From a virus, in the IMG/VR virus record IMGVR_UViG_3300034200_001099, positions 26,096-90,095 of that record: a DNA stretch of 64,000 nucleotides. One strand, given 5' to 3'. Within the stretch, counting starts at the first letter, position 1. Every line of letters starts with the position of its first letter. The translations under genes and the position numbers were made by a program. Under the pieces are notes generated by a model that was not told where the DNA came from, made no database searches, and was given only the letters and a program-made list of their open reading frames with translations. Below, piece after piece: positions 28,910 to 38,653 of the stretch.

Positions 28910-29206
28910 ATGAAAAATATTGATTGTGAAATTTACATAAAACAACTTATTACTTTTTTTGAAAAAAATCCAGGTGATTTAATGACACTAATAGGGGATG
29001 TTCAAAAAGAAGAGTTTTATAAAAAGTTAAGGGAAAAATGTGAAAAAAATGTTGATGATGGAATTGACCATAGTTTAAATAAACAACAAATTATTGATAT
29101 TGTTATGGAATTAAAAATTCCTGAACTATTTGAAAAACCAAATCCTAAGTTAGTTGTGGAAGGATATGTTCAAAAAACAAAATGGGGTAAAATAATTTTA
29201 AATTAA
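28910..29206 (+). CDS. hypothetical protein
   Basis: ORF. Confidence 0.65.
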   Translation: MKNIDCEIYIKQLITFFEKNPGDLMTLIGDVQKEEFYKKLREKCEKNVDDGIDHSLNKQQIIDIVMELKIPELFEKPNPKLVVEGYVQKTKWGKIILN

Positions 29207-29273
29207 TTCTTTAAAAAAGTTTTGTATTTAATAAAAAACGCATATCTTTGTAATGTGATAAACGAGAAACAAA

Positions 29274-29396
29274 ATGAAAACAATAGAACTTACTATGAAT
29301 GAGATATGGATGGCGACTAGACCAACCATTCAAAAAAGTAAGAAATCCTATACTCGTAAAACCAAACACAAAAACAAAGAAAATTATAAACTATGA
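29274..29396 (+). CDS. small basic peptide, ArfA-like (40 aa, not in ORF track)
   Basis: MKTIELTMNEIWMATRPTIQKSKKSYTRKTKHKNK; after TATCTTTG at 29243; ATGA-coupled to next gene. Confidence 0.6.
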   Translation: MKTIELTMNEIWMATRPTIQKSKKSYTRKTKHKNKENYKL

Positions 29397-30151
29397 TATA
29401 CACACCAGAATTAATCAAATCAATTGCCCCGGCAGTATTTGCAACATCACCATCTCCCAAAATGACGAACAAGTATGAGTTCGTTCCAACCAACGAGGTA
29501 ATGGATATGTTCGACCGCGAAGGATGGCAATTATCGTCAGTAAAACAATCAGGTCGTGGGATTCACGGAGTCCACGAACTTAAGTATCGCAACGGACAAC
29601 TACCAAAAGTTGGGGACACAGTTGTTGAAGCAATCATCCGTAACTCTCACGATGGAACAGCAACATTCTCTATGGGAGCAGGACTATTCCGATTGGTATG
29701 TTCAAATGGACTTACAGTTCCTACATCAGTGGCAGAACGATTCTCAATTAGACACAACCACTTTTCATTTGACGATGTTAGAGCTTTGGCCGAGGACTTC
29801 TCTAAGAAACTCCCAAGAATTGAAGAGTCTGTTACTCGAATGATGGAAAAGGAGTTAACTGAAAAAGAAAAACTTCGTTTAATAAAAGAAGCTCTTAAGA
29901 TTCGTTGGACTGTTGGAAATAGTCCTGAATCAATTGACATTACAGACCTTCTAACACCGTTTAGACCTGAGGATGAGGGAAGTGATCTTTGGACAGTGTT
30001 TAACGTGATTCAAGAGAAGATGACTAAAGGTGGATTCACTTACAAAACACCAAGAGGACGACAAACAACTCTTCGTGGTATTAAGAGTATCCAAGCGACA
30101 AATCGTTTAAACACTAAACTTTGGGAAGCGGCAGAATTAATGTTGGTTTAA
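29393..30151 (+). CDS. DUF932/DUF945 family protein
   Basis: YEFVPT, IRNSHDG, GLFRLVCSNGL, DLWTVFNVIQE. Confidence 0.85.
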   Translation: MIYTPELIKSIAPAVFATSPSPKMTNKYEFVPTNEVMDMFDREGWQLSSVKQSGRGIHGVHELKYRNGQLPKVGDTVVEAIIRNSHDGTATFSMGAGLFRLVCSNGLTVPTSVAERFSIRHNHFSFDDVRALAEDFSKKLPRIEESVTRMMEKELTEKEKLRLIKEALKIRWTVGNSPESIDITDLLTPFRPEDEGSDLWTVFNVIQEKMTKGGFTYKTPRGRQTTLRGIKSIQATNRLNTKLWEAAELMLV

Positions 30152-30186
30152 AAACTATGGGGACATTAAAGTCCCCTTTTTGTATT

Positions 30187-30525
30187 ATGGAAAAATTTAA
30201 ACACGAAGAAAGATTTTTAGAAAATATATTTAAAACAAATGAAAATTTATTTTCAATTATGGAATTATCTGAAGGTCATGGATTGTCCCCAAATGAGTTG
30301 AAATCAAAAACAAAGTTCACAGAGTTTTTTTCTGATTCCATACAATATTTAGATGGAACAACTAATTTAGATTCCATTTATATGTTTGATAGTGACATTT
30401 ACATATATTTATCTAAAAGTGATCCAACAATCTCTTCTTTTTCTTGTAAAATTTATTATCCTATAAGAAAGAAAAAAGATGTTGAGTTTTTTATATTAAA
30501 CTTAAAAAAATTAAAGAAAAATTAA
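30187..30525 (+). CDS. hypothetical protein
   Basis: Likely start MEKFKHEE after hairpin 30158-30181. Confidence 0.6.
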   Translation: MEKFKHEERFLENIFKTNENLFSIMELSEGHGLSPNELKSKTKFTEFFSDSIQYLDGTTNLDSIYMFDSDIYIYLSKSDPTISSFSCKIYYPIRKKKDVEFFILNLKKLKKN

Positions 30526-30534
30526 AAAAAAATT

Positions 30535-30852
30535 ATGGAAATTAGTGGTATAGATTTAAAAGAAAAAATTAAAAATGGCGAAAAATTAATTGTTGAGTTT
30601 TGGGCTGAGTGGTGTGGACCATGTAAAGTAATGAAACCTATATTTGAAAGAGTTTCAAATAGTAATGAAAATGATGACGTTAAAATGTATACGATGGATA
30701 TTGACCTTAATAAAGAGGCCGCCATTGGATTTGGCATTAGAAGTATTCCTACAATTAAAGTTTTTAATGGTGGATCAGTTATTGGAACCAAAGTTGGGGT
30801 GTTAAATGAAACATCCATAAAAGATTTAGTAACAGAATTAATAAATGGATAA
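30535..30852 (+). CDS. thioredoxin
   Basis: FWAEWCGPCK, IRSIPT. Confidence 0.92.
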   Translation: MEISGIDLKEKIKNGEKLIVEFWAEWCGPCKVMKPIFERVSNSNENDDVKMYTMDIDLNKEAAIGFGIRSIPTIKVFNGGSVIGTKVGVLNETSIKDLVTELING

Positions 30853-31132
30853 GATTGCAGTTATTTTTACAATGAAAGGGTGTCCCCATTGCGTTATTCT
30901 TAAAGAAATGTTAGAAGATGCAAATATTGATTATGTTGATAGAGACATTTATGAATTTGAGGAAGAATATAATATGTTTGTAGAAGCCACAGGAAGTGAC
31001 TATGTTCCCGCATTTATGTTAGTTGAAGATTTTGAAAGTGAAAACCCAACAACAGGTTTATTTGCTCCAGATAGAGACTTTCAAGATATTCACGAAGGAT
31101 TAACAATAATCAAAGAGTTTTACGAAAGATAA
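30845..31132 (+). CDS. glutaredoxin-like protein
   Basis: GCPHC, YVPAF. Confidence 0.8.
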   Translation: MDKIAVIFTMKGCPHCVILKEMLEDANIDYVDRDIYEFEEEYNMFVEATGSDYVPAFMLVEDFESENPTTGLFAPDRDFQDIHEGLTIIKEFYER

Positions 31133-31133
31133 T

Positions 31134-31163
31134 AAAAGCCCCTCTTAACGGAGGGGTTTTTTT
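31134..31163. terminator. bidirectional terminator
   Basis: AAAAGCCCCTC-N-GAGGGGTTTT between convergent genes. Confidence 0.75.
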
Positions 31164-31857
31164 ATAATAATACCACATCTTTTAGTCGATCTTGAATCAA
31201 GTATGGTTTATTTTTTGTTTGATCAAAAACATCGTGGAAAAACTCGTAATCGGCAAATCTTTCATTAAAGGACTCCAAGTCCATATCAAACACATCTAAA
31301 ACCAAACTCTCAATTTTATCGTTATCGACATATGAATTACAAGATACTTTAATTTTGCGATCCCCATCTTCATTTTCTTCATTAGTATAGTATAAATAAA
31401 CTTGATCTACATTAAGTAATGAATACATATGGTTAAACATATATTGTGAGTAATAAACAATTGATCTACCGCACCCTAAACTATGTCCATATGGAAACTC
31501 TGAACTACAAGTTAGTTCAGAAATCGGTTCGTCTTCAATGGTGTATACATCCTTATGTGTTGAAATCCATTTATTATCAAAATTATTAATATCTTGATCG
31601 TATTTGATAATATCAATTACGTTTAAATTTTTTCTGTTAACTTCTGTTAACACATCATCAAACCAATTTGAAAAATCAGTTTTTAGTTCATTTAAATCCA
31701 ACACTTCTTTACTCGTTGTTTGGCCATTTACGACCACAAAGGTTTCACAATCTGTTACTTGGATTACTGTGTTGTCCTTCTTATCAAATTTAGAAAGGAT
31801 GTAGTCGGCAAATAGATTCACAAAGTATCTTCGTGTGTTTTTTTCTAATTTTCTCAT
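31162..31857 (-). CDS. divergent, shortened S-adenosylmethionine synthetase-like protein
   Basis: VNLFADYIL...VVVNGQTTS...PYGHS resembles MetK N-terminal/central segments. Confidence 0.45.
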   Translation of the reverse strand: MRKLEKNTRRYFVNLFADYILSKFDKKDNTVIQVTDCETFVVVNGQTTSKEVLDLNELKTDFSNWFDDVLTEVNRKNLNVIDIIKYDQDINNFDNKWISTHKDVYTIEDEPISELTCSSEFPYGHSLGCGRSIVYYSQYMFNHMYSLLNVDQVYLYYTNEENEDGDRKIKVSCNSYVDNDKIESLVLDVFDMDLESFNERFADYEFFHDVFDQTKNKPYLIQDRLKDVVLL

Positions 31858-31906
31858 ATTTTTTATTTTTATAATTAATATGAGTTTTATTTGGATTTAT
31901 AAATAG

Positions 31907-33037
31907 TTAGATATAATCATCAAACATTTCGTTTATATATTTTTGAGTTGTGGACCAATCTGGATAATCAGGGGTTGTAAAATTTATACATTCATAATCC
32001 TGATCGTAGATTAATTGTTTCATCAAAGTAGTATACCTACCAAAATGGTCTAAATATGAATCTGAATACGATTGACCTTTATTTAATTCTAAAAATAAAG
32101 TGATGTTTCCAACAAAATCTCTAATTTTAATATAATTTAAGTATGTGGTTACTTTCTTACCATCCGATTTGGTGGTTTCTTTTGGGGCCTCATCAATTTT
32201 TCCTTCAAAGTATTCATCTAAACCATTATATACTAATTCATATATTTCATTTTCATATGCAGAATTATAAGCGTTCCAATAAATATTTTTTAATTCTTGA
32301 CCTAACTCACTTAAATCATTTTCACATAGTTCGTTTATTGCGTCGGAATCTTTAATTAATTCATTTAAGTCTTCAGCTTGAATTTTAAAATAACCTTCAG
32401 TTTCTTGTTCTTCTGATAAACTTTCAAAAAAATCGGAGCTATAATCTTCTAAAGATAACTCAACATTACCAATTTCTTTAAAAATGGTATCTTTTAAATG
32501 AATGGTATTTTTTTCATTTAAATCGTCAATAACATCAGATGGTTTTGTATCATTATCAAAATACCAATCGTTACCTAAACCATCTTCGCTAAATACTCGT
32601 TTTGCAACATCTTCAGGAGAACTATCACGACGAGAGGAACCACAGAAAAAAGAAGCCAATTCATCTCTATCATTACCTAAATATAGATAGAACCCATCAG
32701 GTCTAATTTCAACATCACCTAAAATGTTGCTTGTAATATATTTAACGGTATTTTCATAGTTATATTCTAAACCATGTAGTAAATAATTGTTTTGAAACTC
32801 TTCTGGAACAGAATTATAGTCTAAATTAGCCATAATACCATTCTCAACCAAATAATCAAACAAATCATTGCTAAAATCATCGGGAGGAATCTCTCTTAAA
32901 TCAAGATCCTCTAAAAGATTGTATCTTTTTATAAGTTTAAAAAAATTTATTAATGTATTGAAATATGGTTTTATCTCATCTTCATACTCACCATCATTAA
33001 ATGATTCTATTAAATTTTTTACCCTCGCTAAACTCAT
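31907..33037 (-). CDS. acidic hypothetical protein
   Basis: Likely start MSLARVKNLIES at 33037, 5 nt after minus-strand TATTTAT. Confidence 0.7.
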   Translation of the reverse strand: MSLARVKNLIESFNDGEYEDEIKPYFNTLINFFKLIKRYNLLEDLDLREIPPDDFSNDLFDYLVENGIMANLDYNSVPEEFQNNYLLHGLEYNYENTVKYITSNILGDVEIRPDGFYLYLGNDRDELASFFCGSSRRDSSPEDVAKRVFSEDGLGNDWYFDNDTKPSDVIDDLNEKNTIHLKDTIFKEIGNVELSLEDYSSDFFESLSEEQETEGYFKIQAEDLNELIKDSDAINELCENDLSELGQELKNIYWNAYNSAYENEIYELVYNGLDEYFEGKIDEAPKETTKSDGKKVTTYLNYIKIRDFVGNITLFLELNKGQSYSDSYLDHFGRYTTLMKQLIYDQDYECINFTTPDYPDWSTTQKYINEMFDDYI

Positions 33038-33108
33038 ATTGTATAAATATCTATTAAGCAAAAAAGGTGCCCCAACGGAACACCCTTATCTCGATGATAC
33101 AAAAAATA

Positions 33109-33264
33109 TTATCTTCTATAATATTTGTTGATGATTTTTTTCACATTCTCTTGAACATTTGAACCATTTGATGGTTGTTGAGGTTGTGCTTGAGGTTGTG
33201 CTTGAGGCTGTGCTTGAGGTTGTTGAGCCTGTTGATTAGCTTTGTTTTTACATCCGCAACTCAT
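33109..33264 (-). CDS. small MSCGCK / QAQP-repeat protein (51 aa, not in ORF track)
   Basis: MSCGCKNKANQQAQQPQAQPQAQPQAQPQQPSNG...KYYRR; 12-nt tandem repeat; upstream TATTTAT, downstream hairpin. Confidence 0.65.
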   Translation of the reverse strand: MSCGCKNKANQQAQQPQAQPQAQPQAQPQQPSNGSNVQENVKKIINKYYRR

Positions 33265-33371
33265 GATAAGTATTTTTAAGTGGTTTATTTATCTATAAAT
33301 AGTATACAAACAAACTTTAATCCAAAAAAAATAAAAATCAATTATTTTTCTTTTGTTATATTTATAAAAGT

Positions 33372-34586
33372 ATGTCAATAAAGAAGTTTTTTAAAAATTA
33401 TATTGTAGAACAAGATGAAAACCTTGTTTCAATTTCTCCTGAGGATTATTTGGAATTATTGGAAAATGTTGGAGGAATTGCCGAAAGGATCTCAAAGTTA
33501 AAACCGTATAGAGGTAAAGGTATTGTTATTACTGGACCAATAAATGTTAGCAATTATAAAAATATTGGACCACTTACAGGTGTTGCAAGAATAATGGGCA
33601 GATTAGATATTTCTAATACCAATATTTCAAATCTTAATGGAATTACAGTCGATGGTTATGTTAGTGATTATGGATCTTCTATGTGGAAGATTAAAATGCA
33701 ACAAAAATTAAATGAAAAACTTTCAGACTTGGATGAAAAAAGAAGAGAAGATGAATGGAATGTTGAAAATCAAGACGATGAATCTGAAAGAACTGAAGCC
33801 TTATACAAATATTTAAATCAAAATGGTGATGTGGATATGGTTGAAGACGACGAAGGAAATGAAGTTCCTGAAGATAAGTATTATATCAATCCTAATGGAG
33901 GGGCAACCTATGGTTACGGAAAACAATATCAATGGTTAGGAGGAGGTAATGGGTTTAACCCCAATGAATATGATGTTTATACTGAAGATGAGGCAGATAG
34001 TGCCGCAAGACGATATGTTGAAAATTTAGTTGATGATTCAGGAATAGATGCTTTTAGTTCTTGGGCATTCAATGAAGCTTTAGATGATAAACAATGGTAT
34101 AATTGGTTATATGATTACTACGATGATTATGTTAGATCATCTCCTGAGGATTTTGATATACCTTTAGAACTATCAAATCAACAAATGAAACAAGTTCAAC
34201 AACTCCAATCAAACATAGATTCACTTAATAAAAGATTAGAAAGTGAAGATTTACCTGATGAAAAATATGAAGAAATTGAAGTAAAAATTGAAGGATTGGA
34301 AGAAATAATTCAAGAAATCAATGATGATCCACAAGGTGAATATGATGAAAGTTCAATTGAAAATGAAATTACAGGTAGAGTTGATGAATACCAAAACGAC
34401 ATTTTTGGGTTTATTGATCATTATGGTTATGATAAAGACTTTATCATGGAGTTTATTGATTTAGATAAACTAACGGAAATAGTCTTAAGTTCTGACGGAT
34501 ATGGTAGTATGTTAAATTCTTACGATGGTGATTATGACACTTTTAATATAAATGGAACTGAGTATTATGTAATGAGGGTCAATTAG
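33372..34586 (+). CDS. acidic hypothetical protein with coiled coil
   Basis: 404-aa ORF; TATTTAT 6 nt upstream; leader ends IVE. Confidence 0.75.
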   Translation: MSIKKFFKNYIVEQDENLVSISPEDYLELLENVGGIAERISKLKPYRGKGIVITGPINVSNYKNIGPLTGVARIMGRLDISNTNISNLNGITVDGYVSDYGSSMWKIKMQQKLNEKLSDLDEKRREDEWNVENQDDESERTEALYKYLNQNGDVDMVEDDEGNEVPEDKYYINPNGGATYGYGKQYQWLGGGNGFNPNEYDVYTEDEADSAARRYVENLVDDSGIDAFSSWAFNEALDDKQWYNWLYDYYDDYVRSSPEDFDIPLELSNQQMKQVQQLQSNIDSLNKRLESEDLPDEKYEEIEVKIEGLEEIIQEINDDPQGEYDESSIENEITGRVDEYQNDIFGFIDHYGYDKDFIMEFIDLDKLTEIVLSSDGYGSMLNSYDGDYDTFNINGTEYYVMRVN

Positions 34587-34626
34587 CCCTTTATTTGTTT
34601 TATATTTTGCATTATTTTTATTTTTA

Positions 34627-35403
34627 ATGACACGAAGAAAAAAAATACAATTTTTAATGAACACCGATTGGATGTTTGAAAAACCAATTGATCAAGAATA
34701 CAAAGAATACAAACTACTTTCTTACTTTCAAAAGATGGGAGAAAAACTGGACAAGTTAGAGTTATACCCAAGCTTTATTGAATTATCTTTACATTTAATG
34801 AATGTCCAAGCGCTTGTTAGAGATCATAAGATTGTTTATACCGACAAAAAACTTACAAACGTAGATGATGAAATACTGGTAAAAGATCTTAAAGTTAGGG
34901 AACTTCCAGAAATGTCAAATGAGGAATTACAAGAGTTTCAAAAAATATTATCATATTCTGCTCCAAGAATGATGGAATATTTTAATGTTGCAAAATCTGT
35001 TTGGACAATAGTGTTTGATTCTTTAGACATGGTAATAAAAAGAAATAAAAAAAATGTATTACATCAAAAAGGTTTTTTTTATTATATTGACAACGAAAAA
35101 AAATATTATGTTTGGGAATATATCATGAAAAAAGAAACCAAACAAAATCCACAACAAATGATAAAAATTGAATTAATTTATGATAATTTAATAAATGATT
35201 TGACAATTTCTAAAATAATTAATAAATTTTCTTCGTTTGATAGTATTGATAAGAAAATGGGACCTATTTTTTATATGATATCAAGTGGGATATTCCCAAT
35301 TCAAGAAACGTTACTTCCAATGTTTAAACGAAGAATTGCGGGGCACATTTCACAAACAAAAAAATACGAACAAGTAATGCAAAATAAAAATGGGATTCAA
35401 TAA
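34627..35403 (+). CDS. hypothetical protein
   Basis: 258-aa ORF. Confidence 0.7.
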   Translation: MTRRKKIQFLMNTDWMFEKPIDQEYKEYKLLSYFQKMGEKLDKLELYPSFIELSLHLMNVQALVRDHKIVYTDKKLTNVDDEILVKDLKVRELPEMSNEELQEFQKILSYSAPRMMEYFNVAKSVWTIVFDSLDMVIKRNKKNVLHQKGFFYYIDNEKKYYVWEYIMKKETKQNPQQMIKIELIYDNLINDLTISKIINKFSSFDSIDKKMGPIFYMISSGIFPIQETLLPMFKRRIAGHISQTKKYEQVMQNKNGIQ

Positions 35404-35407
35404 AATT

Positions 35408-35436
35408 TTGACAAATAAGATTTAATTGTTTAAATT
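35408..35436 (+). promoter_or_regulatory. sigma70-like promoter TTGACA-N17-TAAATT
   Basis: 17-nt spacing; ATG 6 nt downstream. Confidence 0.5.
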
Positions 35437-35442
35437 AATGGT

Positions 35443-35571
35443 ATGATAGAAATAGATGTATATAAAATAATTAAAGAATTAATTGCACAATACCCAAATG
35501 ATACAGAATTGGGTAAAAAGGTTAGAGATCTGGTTTATGGAATTAAAAAAATAAAACAAAGTGGGATTTAA
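35443..35571 (+). CDS. small hypothetical protein (42 aa, not in ORF track)
   Basis: MIEIDVYKIIKELIAQYPNDTELGKKVR. Confidence 0.55.
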   Translation: MIEIDVYKIIKELIAQYPNDTELGKKVRDLVYGIKKIKQSGI

Positions 35572-35743
35572 TAAAAGAACAATTTCTAAAAAACATATCC
35601 TTAATAATTTGGATAACATAATGAATTATCTAGACGCTGATGCGGTATTTACCACCGACGAATTTTCACTCAACGTTTATCGACTATTCAATCAAGGAAA
35701 ATCAGAAGAAGAAATATTAGAATACATAAATAATAATATATGA
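35561..35743 (+). CDS. hypothetical protein
   Basis: ORF coupled to GS gene. Confidence 0.55.
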   Translation: MGFNKRTISKKHILNNLDNIMNYLDADAVFTTDEFSLNVYRLFNQGKSEEEILEYINNNI

Positions 35744-36861
35744 AAATCAAATTGGAATACATTTGGCTAGATGGATATAAACCAGAGCCAAACCTTAGAA
35801 GTAAAGTTAAGATTGTTGAATACAATTCAGTTAGAAACGCATTTTTAGATGGTAATTTTCCTATGTGGAATTTTGATGGGTCATCAACTAACCAAGCAGA
35901 AACTGGAAACTCAGATCTTATTTTAAAACCTGTTAGACATTATATGAAAGACATGACATCAACGGTTTATGTTTTATGTGAGGTATTAAATCCTGATGGG
36001 ACAACACACGAGTCAAATAAGAGATCAAGTATTGGTGAAGGTTTTGAAGACCTTTGGTTTGGTTTTGAACAAGAGTATTTTATCTACGATAGAAAAAATA
36101 AATGTGTTTTAGGTCACGATGAAAACAACTTAAAACCACAGGGTAAATATTATTGTGGTGTTGGTGAATATGTTGTGGGTAGAGATTTTGTTGAAGAACA
36201 TACAAATATTTGTTTGAACTATGGTATTGACATTACCGGAACAAACGCTGAGGTTGCTTTAGGTCAGTGGGAATATCAAGTATTCTCTCAAGGTAAATTA
36301 AAAGGTGGTGATGACCTTTGGATGACAAGATACTTTTTATATAAAATCTCTGAAAAATATGAGTATCGGATTGAACTTCACCCTAAGCCAATAAAATATG
36401 GTGAATGGAATGGATCAGGTCTTCACACAAACTTATCAACAGACATTATGAGACTTGATGGGAACGAAGAATACTTCATGGCATTATTCAACGCATTTGA
36501 ATCAAGACATGAAGATCATATTAAGGTTTATGGATCAAACAACAATCTAAGATTAACAGGTGAATATGAAACTCAGGCAATTGATAAATTCAGTTGGGGT
36601 GTATCTGATCGTGGAGCTTCAATTAGAGTTCCTCAGGACACAGCAAAAGAATGGAAGGGTTATATTGAAGATCGAAGACCAGGATCAAATGCCGATCCTT
36701 ATAAGATCATACGTGAGATTGTTAAATCACTTGAGTTTACAGAACAAATATATGATACAAAACATATGATGACATCATTTGTTGATATAAATGGTCTTAA
36801 TGGGAAATACGGAACAATGTCTAACGATGAGTTATTAAAAGAATATAGAGAAGAAGAATAA
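35740..36861 (+). CDS. glnII: glutamine synthetase type II
   Basis: EYIWLDG, WNFDGSST, GFEQEY, NAEVALGQWEYQ, WNGSGLHTN, DRGASIRVP, YIEDRRPGSNADPY. Confidence 0.93.
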   Translation: MKIKLEYIWLDGYKPEPNLRSKVKIVEYNSVRNAFLDGNFPMWNFDGSSTNQAETGNSDLILKPVRHYMKDMTSTVYVLCEVLNPDGTTHESNKRSSIGEGFEDLWFGFEQEYFIYDRKNKCVLGHDENNLKPQGKYYCGVGEYVVGRDFVEEHTNICLNYGIDITGTNAEVALGQWEYQVFSQGKLKGGDDLWMTRYFLYKISEKYEYRIELHPKPIKYGEWNGSGLHTNLSTDIMRLDGNEEYFMALFNAFESRHEDHIKVYGSNNNLRLTGEYETQAIDKFSWGVSDRGASIRVPQDTAKEWKGYIEDRRPGSNADPYKIIREIVKSLEFTEQIYDTKHMMTSFVDINGLNGKYGTMSNDELLKEYREEE

Positions 36862-37142
36862 TGGATAATGAATGTGTATGTGGTGGCACCGGACTCTGTC
36901 AGTGTCCACCGATAAAAATAGAACAAGTTAATCACCCTAACCATTATGGGGGAGAAAATAATGAATATGAAGCTATCAAGGTGATTGATGCTTGGGATTT
37001 AGGATTTAGTTTAGGAAATACAGTAAAATATATTAGTCGTGCAGGAAAAAAAGGAAAATACAACGAACTCGAGGATCTCAGAAAAGCCCTATGGTATCTC
37101 GAACACCACATCAAAAAAATTGAAGAAAAAAACAGGTTTTAG
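36861..37142 (+). CDS. DUF3310 protein
   Basis: VNHPNHY, GNTVKYISRAGKK, EDLRKALWYL. Confidence 0.85.
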   Translation: MDNECVCGGTGLCQCPPIKIEQVNHPNHYGGENNEYEAIKVIDAWDLGFSLGNTVKYISRAGKKGKYNELEDLRKALWYLEHHIKKIEEKNRF

Positions 37143-37434
37143 TAAAGAAATCTCAGTTTTAGACGCAATCACAACACCAAATGAATTACTACGAGAAACT
37201 CTCATAAATTTTATGTGGGGGTTTCTTGGAAACTCTATTGTTGTGTTTGTAGCAAAGGAACTGGACTTTTTAGTTTTAATAAACTATATTGTTTATTACG
37301 TTCTAATTTCGTATATTGTAAATAGGAAAAAGTATGACACAATTTTAGGTAAGTTTATAGTTCTTCCTGGATCAGCGGCAGCAGGAGCATTCGCAGGGTA
37401 TAAATTAGCACAGATAATTACAGAAATAGTTTAA
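37120..37434 (+). CDS. membrane hypothetical protein (start uncertain)
   Basis: Three hydrophobic segments; possible TTG start at 37120. Confidence 0.55.
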   Translation: MKKKTGFSKEISVLDAITTPNELLRETLINFMWGFLGNSIVVFVAKELDFLVLINYIVYYVLISYIVNRKKYDTILGKFIVLPGSAAAGAFAGYKLAQIITEIV

Positions 37435-37439
37435 ATAAG

Positions 37440-38288
37440 ATGATAGAAACAGGAAAAATAATAAATGGGGATTGTATTGAGGTAATGAAAACTTTACCTG
37501 AAGGTAGTGTTGATTTGGTTGTGACATCACCACCATATAATTGCGGGATTAATTATGATACCCATATCGATACTTTACCTATGGATGATTATTGGGGGTG
37601 GACAAAAGAATGGTTAGAAGAGGCTTACCGATTACTTAAAGATGATGGTAGAGTATCAATTAATATACCTTACGAAACAAATGTTCAAGGCAGAGGTGGA
37701 AGAGTATTTTTTGTTTCAGAATTTTATCAGGTAATGAAACAGGTTGGTTTTAAATTCTTTGGTATTGTTGATCTTGAGGAAGAATCACCACACAGAAGTA
37801 AGACAACAGCTTGGGGTTCTTGGATGAGTCCGTCTAGTCCTTATATTTATAACCCTAAAGAGTGTGTAATATTGGCTTATAAAAAACAACACATTAAAAA
37901 AATTAAAGGAGAACCACAATGGAAGGGAACACCTACTGAAATTGAACAGGAGGATGGGACTATAAAAAAGAAAGTGGTGTATGAGGAGAAGGATAAGAAA
38001 GAGTTTATGGAACTTGTGTTTGGTCAGTGGAATTATTTTGCAGATACTAAATCATTAACCAAGGCGACATTTAGTTTAGATATACCTTCAAAAGCAATTA
38101 AGATATTGTCATACAAAAATGATGTGGTTTTGGATCCATTTGCTGGATCAGGAACTAGTATGGTAGCGGCAGAGATTTTAGATCGTCGTTGGTTAGGTGT
38201 TGAATTGTCTGAAAATTATTGTGACGTTGCGAGAAAACGAGTTCAATCATTTGTTGATGATAAAAAACAATTAAATTTTGATTTATAG
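37440..38288 (+). CDS. N4/N6 DNA methyltransferase (beta class)
   Basis: GDCIE, VVTSPPY, VLDPFAGSGT. Confidence 0.9.
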   Translation: MIETGKIINGDCIEVMKTLPEGSVDLVVTSPPYNCGINYDTHIDTLPMDDYWGWTKEWLEEAYRLLKDDGRVSINIPYETNVQGRGGRVFFVSEFYQVMKQVGFKFFGIVDLEEESPHRSKTTAWGSWMSPSSPYIYNPKECVILAYKKQHIKKIKGEPQWKGTPTEIEQEDGTIKKKVVYEEKDKKEFMELVFGQWNYFADTKSLTKATFSLDIPSKAIKILSYKNDVVLDPFAGSGTSMVAAEILDRRWLGVELSENYCDVARKRVQSFVDDKKQLNFDL

Positions 38289-38294
38289 TATTTT

Positions 38295-38639
38295 TTATTT
38301 AAACTCTATAAAATCACCATCATTTATATTATATTTCTCACAAGTTCCACCTGGTAATTCTAAAACCAAATCACCATAACCTTCATAACTTGGACATTCT
38401 TCTGTTTTACAGGGCTTACATTGGTGTTGTATCACGTTAATTTTGTTTTCATCAATAAATATAATATCTAAAGAGACCAAACAATTTTTCATCCAAAAAG
38501 AATGAGGACCTTTATCCATAAAAAATAACATACCGTCAAAACTACCGTCAAATTTTTTTCTCATCATGCCTTGTTGAATATCTTTTGATGTAAACAATGG
38601 TATTACTTTAAAAATGTTGTTATTTATAACTACGTTCAT
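38295..38639 (-). CDS. DUF192 family protein
   Basis: QGMM, GMLF, FWMKNC..SLDIIF, VLELPGG. Confidence 0.85.
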   Translation of the reverse strand: MNVVINNNIFKVIPLFTSKDIQQGMMRKKFDGSFDGMLFFMDKGPHSFWMKNCLVSLDIIFIDENKINVIQHQCKPCKTEECPSYEGYGDLVLELPGGTCEKYNINDGDFIEFK

Positions 38640-38651
38640 ATTTATAAATAT
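38638..38651. promoter_or_regulatory. palindromic back-to-back TATTTAT motif
   Basis: ATATTTATAAATAT between divergent ATGs only 14 nt apart. Confidence 0.55.
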
Positions 38652-38653
38652 CT

